A DNA stretch of 64,000 nucleotides, taken from NCBI GenBank assembly GCA_951406725.2, contig OX597835.1, positions 20,770,001 through 20,834,000 of the forward strand, read 5' to 3'. The notes below the pieces were generated by a model. The model worked only from the letters and a program-made list of their open reading frames with translations, ran no database searches and had not been told where the DNA came from. Below, one piece after another: positions 43,628 to 57,206 of this stretch. Numbering within the stretch: position 1 is the stretch's first letter; each line of letters opens with the position of its first letter. The translations under genes and the position numbers were made by a program. This DNA is from Octopus vulgaris (lineage: Eukaryota).

Positions 43628-45194
43628 ATGGAAAATAGGCAAAGTTACGCAGCGGCAACGACACAAGGAATAAATGCCAACACCCTGGAAGTACAGAAAA
43701 TAGAAATTGACACAAGAAAGAGGAAGGAAGGAAGAAAATTTGTAAAAAAAGGAGGGAGTCAGTCTAAAGATGACTACCCCCAGAAGAACTGATGAAAAGC
43801 ATAGCGAAGAGGACGGTAGTATACAGAACGTTGTCTACGTCCTCGAACAAGATAGAATTAGCCCCAACAGAAGAAATAGAGGAATGCCTCAAAAATGTTT
43901 TAAAAATTGACCACATTCTATACACGTGGAGAAAAATATGGCTCAGTGGAAGTTAGGTTTGGCAACAAAGAAGATGTCATAAACCACTCCACGGACCCGT
44001 TACTGACAAAGAAATGGATACTACTTCTGACGTACTGTGGCAAACGCGTTGCCAGAGCGAGAGTTGGAAGAGCCCCCCCCCCCCCAGCCCACCCCGAAAT
44101 CGAGGAAACTGGCTGGTGGCAGCCATAATGCACGATATGAAGGATGGGGTAGAGATCCTCAAGATAACGAGGATCTAAAAGGTCAATTGGCCTGGATATG
44201 GCCTCGAAGTGGCCCATGCAGGTTTCTTTGGAAGACTTGCATAGTAGAACGGCAGAAATGATACTCCCGGAAGACACCAGACTTCGAATAACAGTAGCAG
44301 GAAGACCACCAACATGCTTCCTATGTGGCAAAAAAAGGGCACATCAAAGTAAGATGTCCCGAGAAGGAAAATGAAGAGAAGAAATGTGTAGGAAACAATA
44401 CCGAAGAGGTAGTAACAACAAAAGAGACAGATAGAGTGGAGAAACCCTTCACAGTAGTAAACACGAGGAAGAGAAAGAAACGGGTGAATTCTCACCCAGA
44501 GTGTCAAAAAAGGCTAAAAGGCTAAAAGAGATTGTGATGGAAGAAAAAAGAAATAGGTGTGAAGTACCACCAGCAGCAGTCGTGAAAGAAGGCATACAAG
44601 AAAAAACAGCATTACAACAGAGGAAACGTTCATAAAATTGGTTATGATGATTCTGCTGGACCAAAGAGATCAGGATGGGAGCCGAAGCAAGCAGAAGTGA
44701 AAAGGACGAGATATAAGTGGCATTTGGTCACGTATACCAAAAGTAAAGGAATAGAGAAAACGATTGTAAAATAAGCATAATTAAATCTCAGAATGAGATT
44801 GAAACAGTAATCGCTCGATAATGTAAAGTATAGAAGCCATCTTATCATGGCTAACCACATTAGGGAGGGGGTGTTACTGTAGCTTTATAGCCCCAAGAGA
44901 TCTTCGTCTCAAGCTGGCTTTAGACACAATATCAGTGTCCTTGGAGTATTTGCAAAGGGAGGCCATCCCTTCCTCGCAAGCCTGAGTGTAAAATATAAAT
45001 CGGTAATAAGAGTAAAGCTGCCGCCAGGAAAATACCCGGAATACACTAAAGGAATGGTCATAGATAAAGAGGGATTTTTGAAATTAAGAGAGATGTATGA
45101 AGATTTCATAGACACGCTGAGGGTTGAGGTCGAGTTTGACGAGCTGCCAACGGTCGTGGAATTAGACGATTTGAAACCATTTATGAACATGTAA
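43628..45194 (+). pseudogene. Decayed Gag/ORF1-like CCHC zinc-knuckle protein gene (Tx1/L1 ORF1-like)
   Basis: MENRQSYAAAT start; TVAGRPPT-CFLCGKKGHIKVRC at 44315-44357 (one extra A); several frameshifts; stop-free frame 44883-45194; A-rich tail after. Confidence 0.72.
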
Positions 45195-45413
45195 AAACAA
45201 GTAAGTAAAATTTGTACTACATATAAAAAAAAAACGAGGAAAATAAACTGTTAAAAAATTTAAAGAAAAAAAGGAAAAGAAAAGATGATAAAAAACAAAC
45301 AAAAGACTAAGAAAAAGAACAAGCTAAAAAAGAAAAAAGACTGTAAGAACGTTTAACTGTAAAAAAGTAATCGCGGTTTCGTCTCGGAGCGGGACCGAGA
45401 AGACCGACTCATA

Positions 45414-45806
45414 TCTTTATATATAAAAGCGAGGTTGTGTGCTGTCTTTCTCCTACGATTTAGATTCCTAACTACTCCCACATTTTGCGGTGCAGTTTAA
45501 CCAAAACCGGGTATCTTATAGTCGTAATTCCTATCGAGCCCTTCTGGGTATTAGCGCACGTCTACGATGAGTCTACGATTTAAAAGAAAATTACCATCAA
45601 TTTTTACCATTTTTAATGCATTTTTGGCATATATAATGGAAGTAACTCTCTAAAATTTATTATTAAAACTCAGAACGTAAAAAGCTACAGTAACACCCCC
45701 CTTTGTGGTTAGCCATATTGAGATGGCTATTATACTTTACATCTCTAAAAATGTTTATATAGTTATTTCCCTTACAAACCCGAGCAACGCCGGGCGATAC
45801 TGCTAG
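45414..45806 (+). mobile_element. Non-autonomous Helitron
   Basis: A|TCTTTATATATAAA...CCCGAGCAACGCCGGG-CGATACTG-CTAG|T. Confidence 0.87.
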
Positions 45807-45926
45807 TTCATTATAATTTAATTCATTGTAATTCATTCTTTCATATGTTTTTGTGTTCCCGCATGTTCGTGTATGTCCTCTCTGTATTCAAGCCTTGTGC
45901 CTATAATAAAGAAAAACGGTGATTGC

Positions 45927-45971
45927 CACACGCTGATGACGGGTCAATACCCAGAAAATTGAGTCCGTGTG
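45927..45971 (+). ncRNA. Type I hammerhead ribozyme motif with GUC site
   Basis: CACACG-CTGATGA-C-GGGT-CAAT-ACCC-A-GAAA-ATTGA-GTC-CGTGTG; perfect 6-bp helix I. Confidence 0.72.
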
Positions 45972-46094
45972 TATCACGTCAGATTGAAGATGGGAAGGGT
46001 GGCTTCCCTTTGCAAATACAGAATGTGTGTCAATTGCCAGCTGGAGAAGGGTTGGCCACATTTAAGTGGAAAATATACTTCACGATATATATAT

Positions 46095-46890
46095 AATCGA
46101 CTTAATCCGTTTGTCTGTCCTTGTTTGTCCGTTTTATGTTTAGCCCCTTGTGAGCAATAAATAAATAAGAATCGTTAGCACGCCGGGCAAAGTGCTTAGC
46201 GGCGTTCCATCCGTCTTTACGCTCTGGGTTCAAATTCCACTGAGGTCGACATTGCCTTGCATCCTTATAAAATGAGTTCTAGTGGAGCGCTGGGGTTGAT
46301 GTAATCGACTTAATTCCATCGCGAAATTTCTAGTCTTGCTCCAAATTTTGAAGCTGATATAATCCTAGACAAAATCTTCGGAGAAATTCTCTTAATGTAA
46401 TGTACCAAAACTATACGTTCTAGAATAAGGAAACAGTAAACCTATGGAAAATCTATTCATTCATTAACGTCCGGTCATTTATACTAGGAAGACTTACATT
46501 TTATACGGTGGGAGAAATATGCGTAAATATTAAATAATGAATAACTGAAAATGAACTGTCCATGCAGCTAAATTAGATAAGTTGAATAATGATGTGTTTA
46601 ACTTAAAGGCGAGCGAAATGCTTAGCAGTATTTTGTCTGCCGCTACGTTCTGAGTTCAAATTTCGCCGAGGTCGACTTTGCCTTTCATCCCTTTCGGGGT
46701 CAATTAAATAAGTGCCAGTTACGCTCTGGGATCGATGTAATCGACTTAATCCGTGTATCTGTTCTTGTTTGTCCTCTCTGTGTTTAGCCCCTTGTGGGTA
46801 GTAAAGATATAGGTATTTCGTCCGTCTTAAAGTTCTCAGTTCACATTCTGCCAAGGTAGTTTTTGCATTTCATCGGGGTGATAAAATGTC
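46095..46890 (+). mobile_element. SINE family C copies and fragments
   Basis: Matches at 46095-46350 and 46605-46890. Confidence 0.8.
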
Positions 46891-47280
46891 GACTAGTTGA
46901 GCACTGGGCAAGTGTCTTCTACTATATATCCCCGTGCAGGGCGTTCGATTAAATTTGGTAGGGTCAGACATTATGGATATTAATAATATTAATACAAATG
47001 CATGGTGTGGTGGGGGCGTCTTTCTATGTGTTTATTCCTCCTCCTCCCCGCTACGCTTGATGACTGTTTTGCTTTGTATAAAGGTGCATCAAAGGAAAAC
47101 GAAAGAAGACTGTTCATAAAATTAACTGCGGTGCATTTGCCCAACTAATCCCTTTTAAGTGGGGCCCCGGCATGGCCGTATTCCAATGAGTGGAACAAGT
47201 AATCGATATAAGATACACAGTGGTGATATATAAGGAAACATAGCAGTCTTTCAATAATATCTGTATATTGATAAATGTGA

Positions 47281-47311
<31 letters not shown>

Positions 47312-47357
47312 CGAATGAATACTTGAATATATATCTGTGTGTATTCACATGTAGGTG

Positions 47358-47402
<45 letters not shown>

Positions 47403-47403
47403 A

Positions 47404-47434
<31 letters not shown>

Positions 47435-47783
47435 TGTATACCGGTGTATTTCATTACCAGTGCTTGTGAGTGTGATCGTGTGATCTGTGATAGAGATATG
47501 TGATTTCATTATTTTGAGAGTGTGTAAGATGTAAAGATATGCAATTAATGAAGCTGTGGGACGAATTATTACATTAAGGAAAGAAACTGATAAGGCCAAG
47601 TGCGTAATTAAGAAACGAGATAAGCTCCAGGTGACAACCTTTCACGGACATTTTAACACTGGAATGTAATCCTATATATTCCATACACAACCAACATCAA
47701 AACACACATGATAAATATGCACACAAGCGCACAGGCACATATCTATTCACACACGCACAAATATGTATGTGATATACACACAA

Positions 47784-47850
<67 letters not shown>

Positions 47851-47858
47851 CTTGTATA

Positions 47859-47891
<33 letters not shown>

Positions 47892-48062
47892 TGTGCATAT
47901 GAATATGTGTGTGTGCGTGTATACATCTATGCATACATGTCTGCGTGTGTAGTTAAGGAGCTTGCTTTGCGGTCACGTTGATTAGGGTTCAATCCCTCAG
48001 CACGGCATCTTGTGCAAATGTCTTTACCTATAGTCCCGGATCAAACATTGCTTTAGTTTTTT

Positions 48063-48257
48063 ATTTCTTTATTGCCCACAAGAGGCTAAACATAGAGGGG
48101 TCTATCAAGGACAAACAAATGGATTAAGTCGATTATATCGACCCCAGTGCGTAACTGGTACTTATTTAATCGACCCCGAAAGGATGAAAGGCAAATCGAC
48201 CTCGGCGGAATTTGAACCAAGAACGTAGCGGCAGACGAAATACCGCTAAGTATTTCT
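48063..48257 (-). mobile_element. SINE family C (head lost)
   Basis: Reverse-complement match. Confidence 0.85.
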
Positions 48258-48260
48258 CCT

Positions 48261-48831
48261 GATGCAGTACCTCGCAGTGGCTCTCATGGCTTCTGATCTT
48301 AATTGATTGGAAGTGTTAACATGTATATTGTTTTGTCTTGGTATAAAAGATGGGCTACAGCAAATATTCTGCTCAATACCACAAATTTGCTTGTCGGTTG
48401 TTTGATCTTAACCAGTTGAGCATGTCCCTTGGTGGCTGACACTATGTGCATCTCTGATCATGAGCAGAATCAGTGGGAGAGCATTGTAGCCATGTGTTGA
48501 GAGGAATTTGGGGGTGGGGGTGAATAATTCACCTATGGAAACATAGGTGTGTCGTTCAACATAATTAAACAAACCTTATTCAGGGACCTTTCGAGCGGGA
48601 ACGGTTACTCGACCAGAAGAAAATTCTAACTGGGCCCCACCTGCAAGGTCATACGTTGCTTATCTTTGTATGAAATCCCCATGTCGCACACATATAGTTG
48701 TGATGCATGTGCCTGGCGTACCCTTATCAGACAGGTAGTCATGGTGAGTATACTGGGCCTTGTATATTTTACCTCGGTGTCACTTTGAGGGCATACACTG
48801 CTCTATGACTCAATAATAATAACAATAATAA
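48261..48831 (+). mobile_element. Repeat family D, about 560 bp, (AAT)n tail
   Basis: Colinear with 60723-61283. Confidence 0.88.
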
Positions 48832-49034
48832 GCATTATGGCGAAGTATCACTAGAATTGCCTGTAATTCATTTGTATGTATAAATACAGCCTCAAATAGA
48901 ACTGGATCGATGAGTAACTGTTTCGATGTCATCTTTATTATAAAACCTGTGCAGTTTCGTCATGATTTTTCACTGTAATATTCTTCGATATTTCACTGGT
49001 TAGGGTTTTAGGTCGATTTTCTATGAATTCAATA

Positions 49035-49435
49035 TTGAACAGCAGTTTTTAACATAATTTCTAGGTAACTAAAAAAATTTAAACTTCGTATACTGGTAGA
49101 ATGTGTTTATAAAACATCTTTTTTCTCTTGGCTTTATTGAGAAAATTCTATAGTTTGTAAGATATTTGGTCTTTAATTTCTTGCATTTCGGCAATTTCAA
49201 CAAATCAATGACCGTCTATTGAGGTGAAACCATTCTGTGCCGTATGAATATGGGTCTCGTTTAAGAAACAGATTGGGTTTATTTACATTTGTGAAGAAAA
49301 AAAGATACACCCCCCCCACCCTAACCCTAACCCTAAAATTGGGTGAAATGCAATAGATCGATTCTAGGGTGATAATTATGGGTGACAATGTCATATTACA
49401 TCGCTAGAAAAAACTGCCGTTCAAACCGAAAAGAT
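49035..49435. mobile_element. MITE/Helentron-like element containing (CCCTAA)3
   Basis: Inverted TTGAACAGCAGTTTTT / AAAAACTGCCGTTCAA; telomere-like repeat at 49319-49336. Confidence 0.6.
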
Positions 49436-49796
49436 GCTTTGTGTGTGTAGATGAAGTAGTGTGTTTACGTATGTGTTTGCGTGTGTGTGGGTAAAAGAAT
49501 ATAAGTATTGATGCCTAGTTTCTATCTCACAAAATAAAACTGTATCTTATGACAATACATGATAGCATTCTGCGTGCAGAACAATCACTGCGGCACTCAC
49601 ACACAGCAACAAACACATACACACGGACCGCCACTGCCGCAACCGCCCCACTCACAAGCACAACCGTTAGTTTTTCCTGTCACATAATATATTTAACTTT
49701 AATTAATCACTCTCAACCATTCTACTTTTCCCTCCCCTCATCTCTCTAACTCTCTTGCTCTCTCTCTCTCTCTGTTTCTCTCTCTCTCTCTCTTTA

Positions 49797-49831
<35 letters not shown>

Positions 49832-50566
49832 ATTCTTCTGTCTCTGATCGTCTCATATTTACATCTGCCAGCTCATAAGTTACAATCAAACAGGTGGAAA
49901 CTCTGTCTCCGAAATACGTTTGAGTATATGTACGTATACACGCATGTGTGTATATAGTAATGTATGTTTGTGTGTAAGTTGTGTGAATTTACATGTGTAT
50001 CTGTGTATCTGTGTGTGCGTGTGTGTGTGTGTGCGTGTGTGTGTGTGTGTGTGTGTGACACATATATTCACTGGCAGACATTTACTGTCTTATATACGAC
50101 GAAATCTTCTATAATATATATTTAACATTAAACAATAGCGAGATACATACAGAATCCGTTCGGTATATCATGTTTATGCACCTGAAAAAACAGATGCATA
50201 TGTTGCTTTATCGCTGTATGTCATAGCAAAAATATACAATTGGTCTACGAGGTGGTATCAAAAACTTCTAGCACTAGTTATGTCTAATAAATAATAACTT
50301 CTTCACCTAAGTTTTAACATCAATATAAATATATATATATATCGTACTGACTTTCATGGGAAACATGTATTTTTGTGGTTGAAACCTTTTGGATTAACTG
50401 GTGCTAGAGTGAGCCATATAGTGACCACTCTCTTATATTTATTTTGTAAAAATATTATAATATGTTATAAAATATTATAATAATCCAGGTTTCTCGGAGC
50501 ACTAGGCCACTTGGTGTTGAATAGATATACTATTAAATTAGTATCTAATTCTCTCACCCTTATTAA

Positions 50567-50606
<40 letters not shown>

Positions 50607-50894
50607 CGAAATGGGACAAGAGCGCAAAACATTCAAATAGTCGATGCAAAAAACACGGACGGATCATTCGGAGCCTCTAATCTTCAGTCAAGAACCGGAT
50701 CATCCTCGCAATTTCGGCTGATTAATCTTGAGATTGCTCCGATCTGGCCAGCCCCAAGGACAGACTAACCTACAGACATTAGATTTCATGGAAAAAGGAG
50801 CGAATATATACGAAACAAGAACAGAAAAACGGATGATGTTACACGAATATAAATACAAAAAACAAAAAATAATACGACTATAAATACAAAAAAC

Positions 50895-50928
<34 letters not shown>

Positions 50929-51607
50929 GGACATATTTCTTTGCGTGAGTGTGTGTCTGTATGAGTGTGCGTATGCATTCAAATATGTATTGCAAATTTC
51001 CATGGTTTGTACGTTCCTCCCATCAACCCCGACCGAGAGACTAAAGGACGTCCGTTGCAACGGCGGCCACCAGACGATATTTCCAGTTTAAGCTGAAATT
51101 ATTTCTCCGCCATTACACATGGAGATGCTCTAACACTTCACACGAACTAAACTCGCTACGTTATCTACATTTAAAAGAAAAATGGACGAAAAGATGTGAG
51201 TTAAATGATAGATAATTTCTCATGAAAAAAAAGTTCAAGGAATTCATTGTTTGTGTTGCACAGCTTTCGTAAAGCGAGTTTAGTTAGTTCACCAACTTTT
51301 ATTATATTCATATCATAGACTAAATATGTGTATGTTAAGTTCATATCTTATAGTAAAGACTCATATATGTTTATCTAATGGTCTTTATATATATATATAT
51401 TTAAGTATTTAAATTGTTAATGAGCGTTATTTATTAAGAGGCACATGAGACGATAAGCGTAAACCACTTTATAATTTTGTGATATATAACTAACTTCAGA
51501 AATATGCAAACATCAAACATCCATACGCTCGTAAGTACACACAGGAGCACATACATATACACAAACATATACACGTACCTTACACATATACGTACAACCA
51601 AATACAT

Positions 51608-51682
<75 letters not shown>

Positions 51683-51814
51683 CACAGATACGTCTCATAT
51701 GTAAGAAGACAACTCACGTGCATACACATATTTATGTGCGAATGCATGTACGCATATATACATATGTACATGTAAGTATTCATACACACACACGCACACA
51801 GACAGACAGACAGA

Positions 51815-51890
<76 letters not shown>

Positions 51891-51892
<2 letters not shown>

Positions 51893-52158
51893 CGAGGATG
51901 TACCCAAAAGAAACCGGAATTTTGCAATATTATTTTATAAACATTTATCGCCTTGAAAGTATTCTCCATTTGAAGCAATGCATCGGTCCAGATGCGTTTT
52001 CCACTGTCCGAAGCAGTCCTGGAACTCTTGCGAAGTGTTGCCTTTTAACCCCTTACTTGTTGTTTCTTCACCTCTTCCTCATCTGCAAAACCTTTTCCTT
52101 TCGGGCTTTTTTACATTCAGAGGAACAAAGAAAAGTTGCAGGGAGCAAGGACGGGTCA
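51891..52158 (-). mobile_element. Mariner transposase 3' remnant with TIR
   Basis: PVLAPCNFSLF...FADEEEVK...FQDCFGQWKTHLDRCIASNGEYFQGD; TA-CGAGGATGTACCCAAAAG terminus. Confidence 0.85.
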
Positions 52159-52162
52159 ATAG

Positions 52163-52303
52163 CGCCTGCTATTCCCGTTGAAGCTGAGCTTTGCAATGAG
52201 CATTAATAAGGGCCAGGGACAATCCCTGGATGTGGTAGGTCTGAACCATGCGGAACCAGTTTTCTCCCATGACCAACATTGTGTGGGATGCTCAAGAGTC
52301 GGC
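52163..52303 (+). pseudogene. Helitron RepHel Pif1-helicase motif V-VI fragment
   Basis: [24 protein letters not shown]...[15 protein letters not shown] vs FPxRLAFAMTINKSQGQ...FSHGQLYVAxSRV. Confidence 0.88.
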
Positions 52304-52309
52304 GATATT

Positions 52310-52470
<161 letters not shown>

Positions 52471-53418
52471 GACATTTACCGTGTCACATATAAGCCATTC
52501 ATGTCGCTATACATACTGATGTATGATATGTGTCTATATAATAATATATGCTTAATAGCTCGACGTAACGAACTCACGCAAATATTTAACAAAATAAAAA
52601 ACTTTTTGCAATCTGATAACGAGGCCCAGCGGAATCGAATGTTTAATGAGAATTAATTATTAAAATCAATTTCATTCATCTTTCTAGATATATAACAAGA
52701 GGCAGAATTTAGTGTGTCTCCGTATATCTGCAAATGTATATATAGTGTAGCTTCTGCAATGATGACACAGACAGAATATGAAGGGTTCCAATATATATAT
52801 ATATAATGAATTATTACGAATTGGACAGCCATGAAACGATCGTAGTGTTTTACTCATTATCTTTTGTTAAACTTTTAATAATTTTGATATATATTTAAAA
52901 TAATATAAATTAATTAATTTTATGTATTGGCTTAAGTTTTTTATTGTTTGATTTGCTTAATAGTGGTTTTATCTCTAATTTAATATAATATATATATATA
53001 CACACACTTTTACTTGTTTCAGTCACGTGACTGTGGCCATGCTGGAGCACTGCCTTTAGTCGAACAAATCGACCCTAGGACTTATTCTTTGTAAGCCTAG
53101 AACACACACAAACACACATAAACACAGACACACACACATATATATATGAAGATATAACAAAGAATGGAGATTTTATACGTTGAATTATGTGTTCTTTCGG
53201 CACATACTTTTCCGACACGTGTTTCTTCTGCGTAAGTGTTTTAAATACTTTAGATGTGATAGCTCTTTGCATGAAATCGATTTATATTAAATCAATCAAT
53301 TCCAGTAGAAATTCAGATCCAAAGATTGACATTCTCATTGGCAAACAATGTCTTTTCCAAGGCGTACCCCATACGGGGGAATGAAGAGAACTGAAACTTT
53401 TACCATTAAAGATAAGTC

Positions 53419-53477
<59 letters not shown>

Positions 53478-53484
53478 GTGATCT

Positions 53485-53687
53485 CTTGAGCACCACCAGC
53501 TCAAATATTTTCTCCTCTGTCTTCCCTCCTTGGGATCTTTCCTTCTCCTTGTTTCCGACGAAGAGCTCCGCTCGAAACGTTAAACCCTCCTTCCCTTATT
53601 TCCTGAGCGTCAATAATATTTTAATTGTTCCACGTCCTGCGTTGCTGTGTTTTTTTTCTCTTTTTTTCTGTGTTTTCTTGTTTGGAT

Positions 53688-53692
<5 letters not shown>
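53485..53692 (+). mobile_element. TA-flanked Penelope-type repeat with hammerhead-like motif (about 53551-53586)
   Basis: GTTT-CCGACGA-A-GAGC-TCC-GCTC-GAAAC-GTT-AAAC followed by TTCCTGAGCG as in the 28800 copy. Confidence 0.68.
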
Positions 53693-53769
<77 letters not shown>

Positions 53770-53799
53770 GTAGTAGTAATCGCAGCACTAGCATCAGTT

Positions 53800-53866
<67 letters not shown>

Positions 53867-53872
53867 CAGTGA

Positions 53873-53927
<55 letters not shown>

Positions 53928-53930
<3 letters not shown>

Positions 53931-54164
53931 CGCCTCGTCACTAAAACAAACTCGCTTGAGGAATGCTTCAACCTCATTTTTATAGGGGTTCAGTGAATCA
54001 GATCCCTTTCCATTAACAGAGGATGTGAAACCATAAAAATTTAATATCAATGAAAACTTTTAATAAACAATTATTAAAATGAACCAAATCTGGTTAAAAT
54101 ATTTCAGCATCTGCCTTTGTAATAATTTTTTTAAATTGTAAAGAGACTTTATGGACACCCTGTA
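53928..54164 (-). mobile_element. maT/rosa-like (Tc1/mariner) deleted remnant
   Basis: TIR TA-CAGGGTGTCCATAAAGTC; FLKRVCFSDEAT first-catalytic-Asp motif broken by (TAG)n. Confidence 0.7.
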
Positions 54165-54929
54165 TATCATACTATCTTCACGTTCTTTCTTTCTTTCTTG
54201 TTATTTTTTTTTCCTTTCAGACACTCTTTCGCTCACACTTTCCATCTTCTTTCTCTATCCCTCTTTGGCTCCCTAAATTAGTTTTGAGCGTATCTAAATA
54301 TCTGAATCTCTTTATTATCTCCTTCCTATTTTCTCTTAAACATCCTCCATTAAAGCCGTCTTAATTCTTTACCAAACCCACAGTTCTCTAACCCATCTTC
54401 TCATTCATTAATTACATTGCACATTGTTTCTCATTGTCTCTCTCTTCCCCACTTTCTTTCTGACTTTCTCTCTCCCTCTCCCTCTCTCTCCCTCTCTTCC
54501 TCTCTCTTTCTATCTCCCTCTCTGTCTCTCTGTCTCTCTCTCTCTCTCTTTCAAGCTTATTTTTTATTCTTCTTTCGATCGTCTGCTTTTAAGCATTTTT
54601 CACTGCGTGTTTTCTTCTCTCTCTCTCTCTCTCACTCTCTCTCTCTCTCTCTCTCACTCCTGCTATTTCTTCCTTTCTCTTTATCTCTATCTCTATTTAT
54701 CTCTCTTGCTCCTACCTCTGTCTCTGTCCCTCTCTCACTCTCCCTCTCTCAAATGCACACGCACACATTTGTACACTCAAGCACTTTCACACACACAAAT
54801 ACTTGCACACGCACACACACAATATTTTTCGTAATCTTCAGCTTTCCAATATTCTCCCACGTACGACACTTCTCCTCTTTCTCTGACTCTCCTCTCTCTC
54901 TTTCTCACTGTATATATACATATATATAT

Positions 54930-54962
<33 letters not shown>

Positions 54963-54963
54963 C

Positions 54964-55010
<47 letters not shown>

Positions 55011-55036
55011 CATATATATATATATATAATACATAC

Positions 55037-55073
<37 letters not shown>

Positions 55074-55087
55074 CATACATATATATA

Positions 55088-55137
<50 letters not shown>

Positions 55138-55994
55138 TGTATGTATTTATGCTTGCATGTATGTATGCGTGGTTGTGTGCATGTATGAATATACAGCTGG
55201 GTGTATATCTATTTACATACACGTCTCATTATTTGCATCGCCTTCCTATTACATTCTCTCTCTCTCTCAATCTCTCTCATTCCCGTTTCCCTCTACCTTT
55301 CACTCCTCTTTCACTCCTCTCCTTTCTTCCTATTTCTCTCTTTCTCCCTCTCCCTCTCTCTCTCTCTCAGCAAATTTTTTCATTATTTCATCTCCTAAGG
55401 CAGAATACCCGTCTTTATTTTTCCTTATGACTTTTTATCTATATCTCCCTCTCACTCGGCATTTCTCTCTACACAGATACACACCTCTCTCTTTCCTTTC
55501 CCTCCCTGTACAGATACATCTCACTCGCTCAATGTAAATCTCTCACATGCATTCGCTCTCTTCACTATCAACACACACTCTCTCTCTCTCTCTATCTCTC
55601 TCGCTTTGTTCTCACTCTTCTTTCTCTTCTTTTCTCTCTCTTTTCTTTCATTCTCTTCCCCAGTTACCTCCCTCCTTTTCGTCTTCAGCCCCCTTCGTCT
55701 TCAGCCCACCTTTCTTTATTTCGCATTCTTCATTCCAAACGTATTCTCTTTTTATCTCCCTTTATAACCCCCACGCATTCTCTCCCTCCTCTTACCACCT
55801 CTTTCCTCCCCCTCCATTCTCCCTCACTTATTCAGATACATTTACTCATACCACACCCCTAAACATATCTCCTCTCGCCTCCTTCCAATCAATCCCGCAA
55901 AATTCAATGACTGTTATATCGTTAACCCAGTCTCACCCTCAGTCTCACCATTCTGTCTCTCTTTCTGAACCTATCTATCTCCCTCTCGTTCTTT

Positions 55995-56039
<45 letters not shown>

Positions 56040-56559
56040 CTCCCACCCTCCTCTCACTATATATGGTTCCTATTCTTCCTCTGTATTACTCTCTTACTAT
56101 TTCTCTGCCTCCCGCTATACCTCTCTATCTCCCAATCACCTTCCTTCCTTACTACCCTTTCTTTATCTCTCACGTCCTCCTCTCCGCTAGAAGGTATCTC
56201 CTATAAATAAAATACCTATAAGTACTTGACAAATTTTGATGTAATTACTTATCGATATTTTCTACCGTTTCCTTGCAGATCCAAACCAATGTATAATGCC
56301 TGAAGCCTGTCACAAGCGAAAGCAAACGAGGAAAAACAAAAAAAGATAAATAAAACAATTACAGTAAACTTTTTTTCTCCCTCTTATTTTATCTTTGTTT
56401 TTCAAAGATCGCGTACGAACCGAAGAATAATTAGAGTAGGATTTGAAAGAAACTACGAAACAACGATACAAGAATATCAAGCAAGAAGACAAAAATTCTA
56501 AGCGAAATAGCATCGCAGAAAACTCAGAAGAAGATAGATACGAAAACATAGAAGTGAAA

Positions 56560-56732
56560 ATGGATTGTAAAAAGAAAATGAAAACACGAATAAATGAAAG
56601 AAAGTGTAAAAGAAATGTCTCCGTGACAAATTTGATGGATGATGTTAGTAGAAAAATAACAATATGGCGGCAATTTCATGTAATGGCGGTTGTAGGTGTA
56701 TCTATTGTTTTTTTGGTTGTTGTGACTTCAAT
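56560..56732 (+). CDS. Candidate coding exon of unknown membrane protein
   Basis: Basic N-terminus plus hydrophobic VMAVVGVSIVFLVVVTS; upstream acceptor TTTCCTTGCAG (56278); donor AT|GTAATT. Confidence 0.25.
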
Positions 56733-56942
56733 GTAATTATATAATGAATAAACAAAGACAGAAACGGAGGAAATAATGATGAAATAAAAGGATGAGTGTA
56801 TGCTGCTTTGAAATGGCAACAACTTTGTCGACAATTGGACAAACTCTGTACATGTATGTATGCTGATATGTGCGTGTGTGTGTGAGTGTGTGTGTGTGCG
56901 CGCGCGCGTGTGGGTGTGTATGTGTGTGTATATATAAATATA

Positions 56943-57155
56943 TACTCTTTTAGTTGTTTCAGTCATTTGAATGCGGCCATGCTGGAGCACTGCCTTTAAT
57001 CGAGCAACTCGACCCCGGGACTTATTCTTTTGTAAGCCCAGTACTTATTCTATCGGTCTCTTTTGCCGAACTGCTAAGTAACGGGGACATAAACACACCA
57101 GCATCGGTTGTGAAGCAATGCTTGGGGGACAAACACAGACACACAAACACACACA

Positions 57156-57206
<51 letters not shown>

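Noticed and set aside
43789-43813. CTGATGA...GAAG inside the Gag-like ORF
   Set aside because: No helices; explained by coding sequence ELMKSIAK.
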